A stretch of DNA of 64,000 bases from an uncultured Bacilli bacterium. Its GTDB lineage: Bacteria > Bacillota_I > Bacilli_A > RF39 > UBA660. The position numbers were made by a program, and so were the translations under genes. Positions within the stretch are counted from its first letter, which is position 1; each line of letters opens with the position of its first letter. The stretch is taken from positions 155,947-219,946 of the forward strand of contig CAKPFG010000001.1 in NCBI GenBank assembly GCA_934153675.1, in the 5' to 3' direction. Of the stretch, positions 38,531 to 46,554 are shown in pieces. The notes under the pieces are model-generated. The model saw only the letters and a list, made by a program, of their open reading frames with translations. It was not told the origin of the DNA and did no database searches.

Positions 38531-40279
38531 TTAACTCAATATAGCTTTAATTCTTCTAACACCTGAACTACTAGCTTCTTCCTTTTTTATTTTAAAATTT
38601 CCAAGACACTTAGTGCTATCCACATGAGGACCACCACAAATTTCTTTAGAAACATCCCCAATAAAATAAACAGTTACAATGTCAGGATATTTATCTATAA
38701 ATTGATGTTCTGCCCCAATAGCACATGCTTCTTCTTTTGACATTTGCTTTTTAGTAACCTTTAAATCTTCCCCTATCCACTTATTAACTAAATTTTCAAC
38801 CTGCTTTTTTTCTTCATCAGTTAGCTTGTGGTCACAAGAAAAGTCAAAACGCATACGTTCACTAGTTATATTAGATCCTTTTTGAACACAAGATGGACTT
38901 AATACAATTTTCAAAGCTGCATTCAAAAGATGTGTTGCTGTATGATATTTAGTTTCAATAATTCCATTTGATGAAAGACCACCTTTAAATCTTCCTTTAG
39001 AAGATGACCTTGACAGTTCTTGATGCTGCTTATATTTTGCATAAAAGCCTTCTATATCAACTGTCATGTTATGATCTTTAGCAAGTTCAACTGTAAGTTC
39101 AATAGGAAAACCATAAGTATCATATAATTTAAAAGCAATATCTTTATCTATTTTACCAGATAAATTATTAATATATTTTTCAAATTCCTTCAATCCTTTT
39201 TCTAAAGTTTTATTGAATTTATCCTTTTCCTGTTTTAAAACAGATAAAACGACATCCTTATTTTCTAAAACTTCTTTATAATAATCTTTATAATAATCAA
39301 TTATAGAAAGAGCAATTTGTTCTTCAAAATTACTAGATATATCAATACCAAGTTTTTTAGCATGACGAATAGCCCTTCTTATCAATCTTCTTAAAATATA
39401 TCCTTGATCTGTATTACTAGGTTTAATAGAAGCATAATCAGAAGCAATAAAAACAGAGGTCCTAATGTGATCAGCAATTATACGCATACTTTTCTCATTA
39501 CCTTTATAACTTTTGTTAGATACCTTTTCAATTGTTTTTATAATATTAGTCCATATACTAGACAAATAATTATCATCTTTCTTTTCAAGAATGGCTTGAA
39601 CTCTTTCAAGTCCCATACCGGTATCAACGTTTTTTTTAGGTAATTCTGTAAACTTATTATCTTTATGCATGTACTGCATGAAAACATTATTCCAAATTTC
39701 TACCCATCTATCATCTTTAGGATCGTATTTTTCGGGCACATCATCATCGCTTCGAAAATAAAAAATTTCTGTATCAGGTCCACAAGGACCATTTAATTCC
39801 ATATTAGGCCACCAATTATCATCTTCACCTAAATAAGCAATATGATTACTAGAAATTCCAAGACTCTTCCATATATTAGCTGAATCTAAATCTGGTTTTA
39901 CTATATCATTACCCTTAAAAACAGTAACTGCTATTTTTTCTTTAGGAATTTTTAAAACTTGTGTTAAAAATTCAAAACTCCAACTAATACTTTCTTTTTT
40001 AAAATAATCCCCCAAGCTCCAATTACCAAGCATTTCAAAAAAAGTATGATGGGTTTTATCCCCAACTTCCTCTAAGTCATTTGTACGTATACATTTTTGA
40101 TAATCACAAAGTCTAGTTCCTAAAGGATGAATTTCTCCCTTTAAATAAGGAACAAGTGGTTGCATTCCAGCTGTATTAAATAAAACAGAAGGGTCATTTT
40201 CAGGTACTACCGGACTTGATGGAATTTGCACATGCCCTTTACTTACAAAAAAATCTATATATAATTTTCTTAAATTCAT
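38531..40279 (-). CDS. alaS: Short alanine--tRNA ligase (AlaRS catalytic + tRNA-recognition + editing core, no C-Ala domain)
   Basis: N-terminal FVSKGHVQIPSSPVVPENDPSVLFNTAGM, FFEMLGNWSLGDYFK, MGLERV; editing HTATHLL ... CGGPHV; ends right after GVRRIKAI; 582 aa vs ~870 typical. Confidence 0.7.
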   Translation of the reverse strand: MNLRKLYIDFFVSKGHVQIPSSPVVPENDPSVLFNTAGMQPLVPYLKGEIHPLGTRLCDYQKCIRTNDLEEVGDKTHHTFFEMLGNWSLGDYFKKESISWSFEFLTQVLKIPKEKIAVTVFKGNDIVKPDLDSANIWKSLGISSNHIAYLGEDDNWWPNMELNGPCGPDTEIFYFRSDDDVPEKYDPKDDRWVEIWNNVFMQYMHKDNKFTELPKKNVDTGMGLERVQAILEKKDDNYLSSIWTNIIKTIEKVSNKSYKGNEKSMRIIADHIRTSVFIASDYASIKPSNTDQGYILRRLIRRAIRHAKKLGIDISSNFEEQIALSIIDYYKDYYKEVLENKDVVLSVLKQEKDKFNKTLEKGLKEFEKYINNLSGKIDKDIAFKLYDTYGFPIELTVELAKDHNMTVDIEGFYAKYKQHQELSRSSSKGRFKGGLSSNGIIETKYHTATHLLNAALKIVLSPSCVQKGSNITSERMRFDFSCDHKLTDEEKKQVENLVNKWIGEDLKVTKKQMSKEEACAIGAEHQFIDKYPDIVTVYFIGDVSKEICGGPHVDSTKCLGNFKIKKEEASSSGVRRIKAILS

Positions 40280-40809
40280 TTTATCACCTCAACTAATTGT
40301 CTAAATTTATCTTCTAAATTTTCTATTGTTCCATCATTAATTACTGTATAATCTATATTATTATAATCATCTAAATCTACCTCAGTAAAATGTGCTTTTT
40401 GAGCTTCTGTCAAACCATTATCAAAATTGGGGCGAACAACTCTAATTGTACACACATCATTAAAAGCTTTTTTAATTTCTTCTATTTCAACTTTTGTTCT
40501 AGCATCAGATATAGTTATAATATCAAAATAATTTGAATAAACCTTAATATCGCCAATGATTCTTTTAACAAAAAATAAAGGATCTATTTTTTTTCTTATA
40601 ATTTCTGTTCCTAGATGTTGTAATAACTCTCTTGGCTTATCTGTTTCATCACCATCCCAATTAGCAATTCTTTTAGCATATTCTTTAATATATGATGAAA
40701 ATTGTAAATTAATAGAATTAATATTTTGATCTTTATAATACTTTCTTATTAAAGAACAAAAGGTATCTTTGCCATGACGAGCTTTACCACAAATTATAAA
40801 TATTTTCAT
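40276..40809 (-). CDS. Deoxynucleoside monophosphate kinase (phage T4 gp1-like family)
   Basis: MKIFIICGKARHGKDT P-loop and C-terminal VVRPNFDNGLTEAQKAHFTEVDLDDYNNIDYTVINDGTIENLEDKF recalled as closely resembling T4 gene 1 dNMP kinase; 4-nt overlaps with both neighbours. Confidence 0.5.
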   Translation of the reverse strand: MKIFIICGKARHGKDTFCSLIRKYYKDQNINSINLQFSSYIKEYAKRIANWDGDETDKPRELLQHLGTEIIRKKIDPLFFVKRIIGDIKVYSNYFDIITISDARTKVEIEEIKKAFNDVCTIRVVRPNFDNGLTEAQKAHFTEVDLDDYNNIDYTVINDGTIENLEDKFRQLVEVIK

Positions 40810-41987
40810 AAATCATCTTCCTTTACTTCATCATTATTAAATAAATGTATCTTTGAATCTATAAATTCAACTATTACCTTAAATACACTTATAATAGGAG
40901 TGGATAAAAGCATTCCTATAATTCCAAAAAAATGACCAAAAACTAATAATCCAACTATAATAGAAACAGGATGCAATTTGGTAGTTTTACTCATTACTAT
41001 TGGAGATAATATATTTCCTTCTAGACATTGGACTACTATAATTGAAATAGTTGCTGCAATACCAATAGATAAACTTTGAGAATAAGCAACAATTAAACAA
41101 GGAACAGCTCCAATATATGGTCCAGCGTAAGGAATAACGTTCATCAAACCACAAAATAATCCAAACAATATAGGAGACTTTACGCCTATTATAAAAAATA
41201 ACAACGAACAAACAACAAAAATAATAGTAGCATCAAATAAAGCTCCGTTTACATATCCTCTTAAGGCTTTATTTATTTTTTCTACAAGCTCAGTTGTAGA
41301 ATCATGAAATTTTTTGGGGACAAAATAAAGTAAAGTATCATTTACATTATTAAAACCTAAAAGCAAGAAAAAGCCAATTAATAATCCTAATAAAAAGGTA
41401 CCCGTGCCCGATATAATCCCTTTTAAAATACCAAACAAAGTATTAGGTAAAGTATTATAAATTCCATTTAAATAACCATTAATTAAATGATACATTTTTT
41501 CTTTTAATGTTGAAAAATCTAAAGTAGCATTATTTTTGAAATGATTAAAAATATTATCAATCAAATTTTTACAATTATCCACCAATTGAGGAACCAAATT
41601 AGATAAATCATTTAATTGATGATAAAAAAGTGGAATAATACTACCTATAATTAAATATAAAGTAAATATTAAAACTATATAAGAAAGCGTCGCTCCAATT
41701 ATTCTTCTAATACCTTTTTTATAAAGAAAATTAACAATCGGATTCATTAACCAAGCAATGGCAATGCCAATAAAAAGAGGTTTTAATATTGATAGAATTT
41801 TTGCTAATATATGAACCACATTAAGTTCTTTAAAGACTCTAACACAGATATAAATAGAAAGAACTACTAATAATATTAAAAAAATTTTTAATATTTTCTT
41901 TAATATTTTTAATATATCATTTATATCTTTATAATTTACTTTCCTTTTATTGTTAAAACTTTCCTTTATTTCTTTTATTTTTTGCAT
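40806..41987 (-). CDS. AI-2E family transporter (UPF0118/PerM-like permease)
   Basis: 393 aa, ~8 TM, size and topology of AI-2E family. Confidence 0.6.
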   Translation of the reverse strand: MQKIKEIKESFNNKRKVNYKDINDILKILKKILKIFLILLVVLSIYICVRVFKELNVVHILAKILSILKPLFIGIAIAWLMNPIVNFLYKKGIRRIIGATLSYIVLIFTLYLIIGSIIPLFYHQLNDLSNLVPQLVDNCKNLIDNIFNHFKNNATLDFSTLKEKMYHLINGYLNGIYNTLPNTLFGILKGIISGTGTFLLGLLIGFFLLLGFNNVNDTLLYFVPKKFHDSTTELVEKINKALRGYVNGALFDATIIFVVCSLLFFIIGVKSPILFGLFCGLMNVIPYAGPYIGAVPCLIVAYSQSLSIGIAATISIIVVQCLEGNILSPIVMSKTTKLHPVSIIVGLLVFGHFFGIIGMLLSTPIISVFKVIVEFIDSKIHLFNNDEVKEDDL

Positions 41988-42014
41988 AAAAACACCTCTA
42001 TAAAGAAAAACGAG

Positions 42015-42557
42015 CTATACACTCATCAAATCTTTTTCTTTTTCTTTAAATTTATCATCTACTACTTTATTATATTTAATAATTAAATCTTGAACATCAG
42101 ATAAAAGATTTTTTTTATCATCTTCCGGTATTTCCATTTTTTTTATATCATTATTGAATTCTTGTCTAACACCTCTTAAAGCAATTCTACAATCCTCAGC
42201 ACAAGACTTAGCCTGTTTTACATATTCTCTTCTTGTTTCTTCTGTTAATGCTGGAATATTTAAAATAACAACCTCTCCATTATTATTTGGAGTAAGCCCT
42301 ATATTAGCCTCATATATAGCTTTTTCAATAGAAGAAATTGAACTTCTATCAAAAGGTTTTATTTGTAGCATCCTAGCTTCAGGTATAGATATTGTAGCAA
42401 GTTGCTTTAACGGTGTTAAAGAACCATAATAATTAACCATTACGCTATCTAATATAGCAGGATTAGCACGTCCAGCACGTATATTCTTCAATCTTTTCTC
42501 TAAAGATTCAATTGCTTTTTCCATTTCCAATTCCACATTCATTAAAATATCATCCAT
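42015..42557 (-). CDS. frr: Ribosome recycling factor
   Basis: LEKRLKNIRAGRANPAILDSVMVNYYGSLTPLKQLATISIPEARMLQIKPFD. Confidence 0.9.
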   Translation of the reverse strand: MDDILMNVELEMEKAIESLEKRLKNIRAGRANPAILDSVMVNYYGSLTPLKQLATISIPEARMLQIKPFDRSSISSIEKAIYEANIGLTPNNNGEVVILNIPALTEETRREYVKQAKSCAEDCRIALRGVRQEFNNDIKKMEIPEDDKKNLLSDVQDLIIKYNKVVDDKFKEKEKDLMSV

Positions 42558-42573
42558 ATAATTCTCCTTTAAT

Positions 42574-43995
42574 TTAATATTGTATACCCCATATTACCGA
42601 ATACTTGGCCTCATTACCACAACATACACACTTACCAGTAAGCAACTCATCATCAGTAATACATCTAGATTTACAACCATTTATTTCCTTTATTTTTTCT
42701 TCGCATTCATCACAACCACAGAAATCAGCCCTTATAAACCCTGGTTGCTTATTTAAAATATTTTTTATATCATCCATATTATATGCTTTAAAAGTCAATT
42801 CTTCTCTTCTTTTCAAAGCTTTACTATACATATCATTTTGAATTGTATTAAGTAAATCTTTAGTATAATTAACAACATTATCAAAATCAGTCAAAATCTT
42901 TTCTCTTGTATCACGGCGAACAAAAGTTATTTTATTATTCTCTAAATCACGAGGCCCAATCTCTATTCTAATTGGAATACCACTAACCTCTGCTTCTGCA
43001 AATTTATATCCTGGAGATTTTTGTGATTCATCTATTTTAACCATTATATTATTTTTTGCAAGATCATCTTTTATACTTCGACACTTATCAATAACAAAAC
43101 TAGAATTTCCAATAGGTATAATAACAACACTAATAGGTGCTATTTTTGGAGGCAGAACCAACCCATAATCATCACTATGAACCATAATTAAACCTCCAAT
43201 CATCCTAGTTGTAGTACCAAATGATGATTGATAACAATATTCTAACTTATTATCTTTATTTAAAAATTTAACATCATAAGCCTTAGCAAACTTATCTCCA
43301 AAATAATGAGAAGTGCCAGATTGTAATGCTACCCCATTATACATTAAAGCCTCATTAGTAAGTGTATAAACAGCCCCAGCAAATTTTTCTTTTTCCGTTT
43401 TTCTACCAACAATCGTTGGAATAGCTAAAATATCATGAAAAAACCATTTATATACATCTATCATTTGTTTAGTTTCATTCATAGCCTCTTCTTTTGTTGC
43501 ATGAACAGTATGTCCTTCTTGCCATAAAAACTCACGACTTCTCAAAAAAGGTCTTGTTTCTTTTTCCCATCTTAATACATTGCACCACTGATTATATAAT
43601 TTAGGCAAATCTCTATATGAAGTAATATGTTTTTTATAATAATCACAAAACAAAGTTTCACTAGTAGGCCTTATACATAATCTCTCATCAAGATTTTTTT
43701 TACCACCCATAGTTACCCAAGCCACTTCCGGAGCAAAGCCATTTACCAATTCACTTTCCTTATTAAGTAAACTCTCAGGTATTAAAAGAGGCATTTGACA
43801 ATTAACATGGCCCAACTCTTTAAATTTCTTATCAAGAATTTCTTGCATACGCTCCCATATAGCATATCCAGCAGGTTCTATCGCAATACATCCTTTAACA
43901 GATGTATAATCAGCAAGCTTAGCAGCACGTACAACATCCGTATACCACTTTGCAAAATCAACGCTTCTTTTAGTAATCTGCTTATTACAACTCAT
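42574..43995 (-). CDS. proS: Proline--tRNA ligase, archaeal/eukaryote-like short form
   Basis: 473 aa class II aaRS with ProRS motifs and C-terminal zinc-binding Cys cluster (CGCDECEEK...CVCCG). Confidence 0.85.
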   Translation of the reverse strand: MSCNKQITKRSVDFAKWYTDVVRAAKLADYTSVKGCIAIEPAGYAIWERMQEILDKKFKELGHVNCQMPLLIPESLLNKESELVNGFAPEVAWVTMGGKKNLDERLCIRPTSETLFCDYYKKHITSYRDLPKLYNQWCNVLRWEKETRPFLRSREFLWQEGHTVHATKEEAMNETKQMIDVYKWFFHDILAIPTIVGRKTEKEKFAGAVYTLTNEALMYNGVALQSGTSHYFGDKFAKAYDVKFLNKDNKLEYCYQSSFGTTTRMIGGLIMVHSDDYGLVLPPKIAPISVVIIPIGNSSFVIDKCRSIKDDLAKNNIMVKIDESQKSPGYKFAEAEVSGIPIRIEIGPRDLENNKITFVRRDTREKILTDFDNVVNYTKDLLNTIQNDMYSKALKRREELTFKAYNMDDIKNILNKQPGFIRADFCGCDECEEKIKEINGCKSRCITDDELLTGKCVCCGNEAKYSVIWGIQY

Positions 43996-44186
43996 ACCAA
44001 TTGCCTCCTTAAAACTATATAAATTATATAATAAATATATAAATTTGTAAATAATAATTTATAAATAAAAAAGAAAAAAATCGCAGCAATAATTATACCA
44101 GTCTTCAATTTCTCTACCAAAAGTATAATCATCTACGATATAGTTTAGTGAAATAATACTTGTTTTCCTAACCTTTTCATTATTAA

Positions 44187-44371
44187 CCTTTGTATAAATA
44201 AAACTTTCAATAAATTATAAATCATTGAAAGTTCTTTTAAACATTAGCCAGGCTACTCCCTATATTATGAATAGCAAATCCTAATCACAGCAAAGCTATC
44301 TATCACAATAATTTGTGAACAAATTATTATAAATTATTAAGTATCATTTACAATACATTTTTAGCTTTTCT
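44187..44371. repeat. ~185-bp direct repeat, copy 1 (between proS and pilin-like gene)
   Basis: ~93% identical to 45457-45642; contains hairpin CTTTCAAT..ATTGAAAG and inverted repeat TCACAA-TAAT-TTGTGA (44303-44318). Confidence 0.8.
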
Positions 44372-44399
44372 ATTTTTTTAATTGCTGTTATCTTTTTGT

Positions 44400-45368
44400 T
44401 TAGATAGCAGTTTTTAAGAGGGTTATAACAGGGCGCACGGAGCCTGCGATGCTACCCGCATAGTTGCCATCCACGAAGCCATTGCTGTACACATTCCACA
44501 CGCTAGAAGAAGAATCTTCATATTGACTCATCGTAAAATACCAATAGTTACTATTATATACCCAACTTGGGGTTTCTCCATTTTGTGACATTTTTATTGT
44601 ACCTTGTCCATTATCGCCATATCCTAAATTATCTAATAACTCATTATATGTTATTAATCTTGCACTATAGCCGGTTTTATCCTCTTTTAGATCACTACTT
44701 TTTAATTTACTATTTGACCAAACATCTACTACTTGTTTTATGTTTGATGAATTATAACCTGGCGTACATCCTGCATCACCAACAGTTTCACAAGTATAAT
44801 AAGCAATTTTTAAATAATTATTATCATCATAAGATACTTTGTTAGCAATTTCTGTTGATGATAAATCCACTTCACCCTTTTTTAATGGTTCTGCTTTTAA
44901 TAATGTGACCGTATCACTATTCTCATCACTATTTTCTATAACATAAAAATTAATACCGTTATATGTGATTTCATCGCCTATTTTATAGGCTTTTTTTTGA
45001 AACTTACCATAGTGATACCATCCATCGCTAGTATTTTTATCTTTAACATCACTACTACCTACTTTGCATTCTGATAAGTATACACTTGAATCTTCATTTA
45101 ATAGAGAAATATTACATATAACCTCTTTACCTGAGTATTCAATTTCTAAATCACTTATGTTTGTTGGAAATTCTCCTTTATCTAGTAAGTAATTAGCTAC
45201 AGCAAGTTCTATACTTTTTCCGTATGCATCAACACTTCTTTTATTAGCTGATTCCTTAGCGTGTTTTACGATATTTAATACAATTGGGGTTACTATTAGT
45301 GCTAATATAGCTAGTATTACTAATACGGCTATTAATTCTATTAATGTAAATGCTTTTTTATTTTTCAT
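44400..45368 (-). CDS. Type IV pilin-like protein (prepilin N-terminal motif) with large C-terminal domain; 3' end unusually GC-rich
   Basis: N-terminus MKNKKAFTLIELIAVLVILAILALI; last ~100 nt of CDS (44410-44520) ~50% GC with atypical codons (GCA GGC TCC GTG CGC CCT). Confidence 0.65.
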   Translation of the reverse strand: MKNKKAFTLIELIAVLVILAILALIVTPIVLNIVKHAKESANKRSVDAYGKSIELAVANYLLDKGEFPTNISDLEIEYSGKEVICNISLLNEDSSVYLSECKVGSSDVKDKNTSDGWYHYGKFQKKAYKIGDEITYNGINFYVIENSDENSDTVTLLKAEPLKKGEVDLSSTEIANKVSYDDNNYLKIAYYTCETVGDAGCTPGYNSSNIKQVVDVWSNSKLKSSDLKEDKTGYSARLITYNELLDNLGYGDNGQGTIKMSQNGETPSWVYNSNYWYFTMSQYEDSSSSVWNVYSNGFVDGNYAGSIAGSVRPVITLLKTAI

Positions 45369-45456
45369 ATATCTTCCTACCTTATGTATTCATAATAGCA
45401 TAATTCATTGAAAAAAGCTACCACTTCAAAATAAAAAAGCGCAGTAATAATTACTA

Positions 45457-45642
45457 CCTTTGTATAAATAAAACTTTCAATAACTTATAAATTATTGAAA
45501 GTTCTTTTAAATATTAGTAAGACTACTCCCTATATTATAAATAGCAAATCGCTCATCACAGCAAAGCTATCTATCACAATAATTTGTGAACAAATTATTA
45601 TAAATTATTAAGTATCATTTACAATATATTTTTAGCTTTTCT
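45457..45642. repeat. ~185-bp direct repeat, copy 2 (upstream of pilin-like gene)
   Basis: Same hairpin and TCACAA-TAAT-TTGTGA (45574-45589) as copy 1; its distal end encodes the last 7 codons (RKAKNIL*) of the adjacent small gene. Confidence 0.8.
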
Positions 45643-45880
45643 GATATTTTCATTTAATTCATCATTACATGACTCAAAAGGAAATGCAACAGAATTTAAA
45701 TAGTCTTTCATTTTCCAATACTTATCTTCGGTTAACAAAATTCCGTTTGTACTTAATCTTGTATTAAGGCCTTTTAAATAAGCATCTTTCTGGACAACAG
45801 TGAGTAATTATCCAAGATACAATTACATCTTGTTTATGTTGTTTATGTTCACCATCTTCAATTTCATATTTTCTACTCAT
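45619..45880 (-). pseudogene. Small Cys-containing gene with apparent frameshift (MSRKYEIEDGEHKQHKQDVIVSWIITHCCPE | (K/R)DAYLKGLNTRL...NENIRKAKNIL)
   Basis: Strong RBS GGGGGGG before ATG at 45880; frame A stops after 38 codons, +1 frame continues open for 56 more codons ending inside the repeat; shift near the CCAGAAAGATG A-run. Confidence 0.35.
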
Positions 45881-45902
45881 ATTAATCCCCCCTACAAATT
45901 AA

Positions 45903-46427
45903 TTATTCATTTTCATATTCTAAATATTCACAATTTTTTAGTTTGTAATTATTATAATTGCCATCTTCTGGCTCGCCTTCAAAATAGCATCTAACATAAA
46001 TACTAACACCAGCATGTGTTACAACTAAAATATTTTGCCCTTTATAATTTTTAGTAATATCATCTAAAAAATCCTTAATTCTGTTTCTAAAATCTGTAAT
46101 AGTTTCAATTCCAAATTTAGTACTATGTGGATCATTAAAATCAATGTCTTCAGTAACTTCTGTCTTTAATTTTCCTTCTAATTCTCCATTACATCTTTCA
46201 AATAATCTTTCATCTGGAATAATCTCTTCTTCTGTAATTATTTCTGCAGTTTGAAATGCTCTTTTAAGTGGACTTGAAAATACTTTATCAAACTTAATAC
46301 CTGAAAGTTTTTCAGCAGTCTTTTTTGCTTGCTCTATTCCTTTAGAATTAAGTTCAACATCTTTTCTACCTTGGTATCTTCCCTCTACATTCCAATCGGT
46401 TTGACCATGTCTTACAATATAAATCAT
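45903..46427 (-). CDS. Histidine phosphatase family protein (phosphoglycerate-mutase-like)
   Basis: MIYIVRHGQTDWN catalytic RHG motif. Confidence 0.75.
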   Translation of the reverse strand: MIYIVRHGQTDWNVEGRYQGRKDVELNSKGIEQAKKTAEKLSGIKFDKVFSSPLKRAFQTAEIITEEEIIPDERLFERCNGELEGKLKTEVTEDIDFNDPHSTKFGIETITDFRNRIKDFLDDITKNYKGQNILVVTHAGVSIYVRCYFEGEPEDGNYNNYKLKNCEYLEYENE

Positions 46428-46554
46428 TTTAATTCTCCTTTTCTTTCAATACAAATGTAAACATTGCAATCGGTTTAAACAATCTTTTTGGCTTTTTTAT
46501 TTTTCATATTTCCTCCTACCTTATATTTATATCATGTATACTTTAAAATAAAAT

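Noticed and set aside
43996-44399. T-box leader upstream of proS
   Set aside because: No match to T-box consensus, and the sequence is duplicated upstream of a pilin gene, which argues against tRNA-sensing function.
45800-45994. Plus-strand ORF (64 aa)
   Set aside because: Antisense to the histidine phosphatase gene and the RBS-supported small gene, and it has no RBS.
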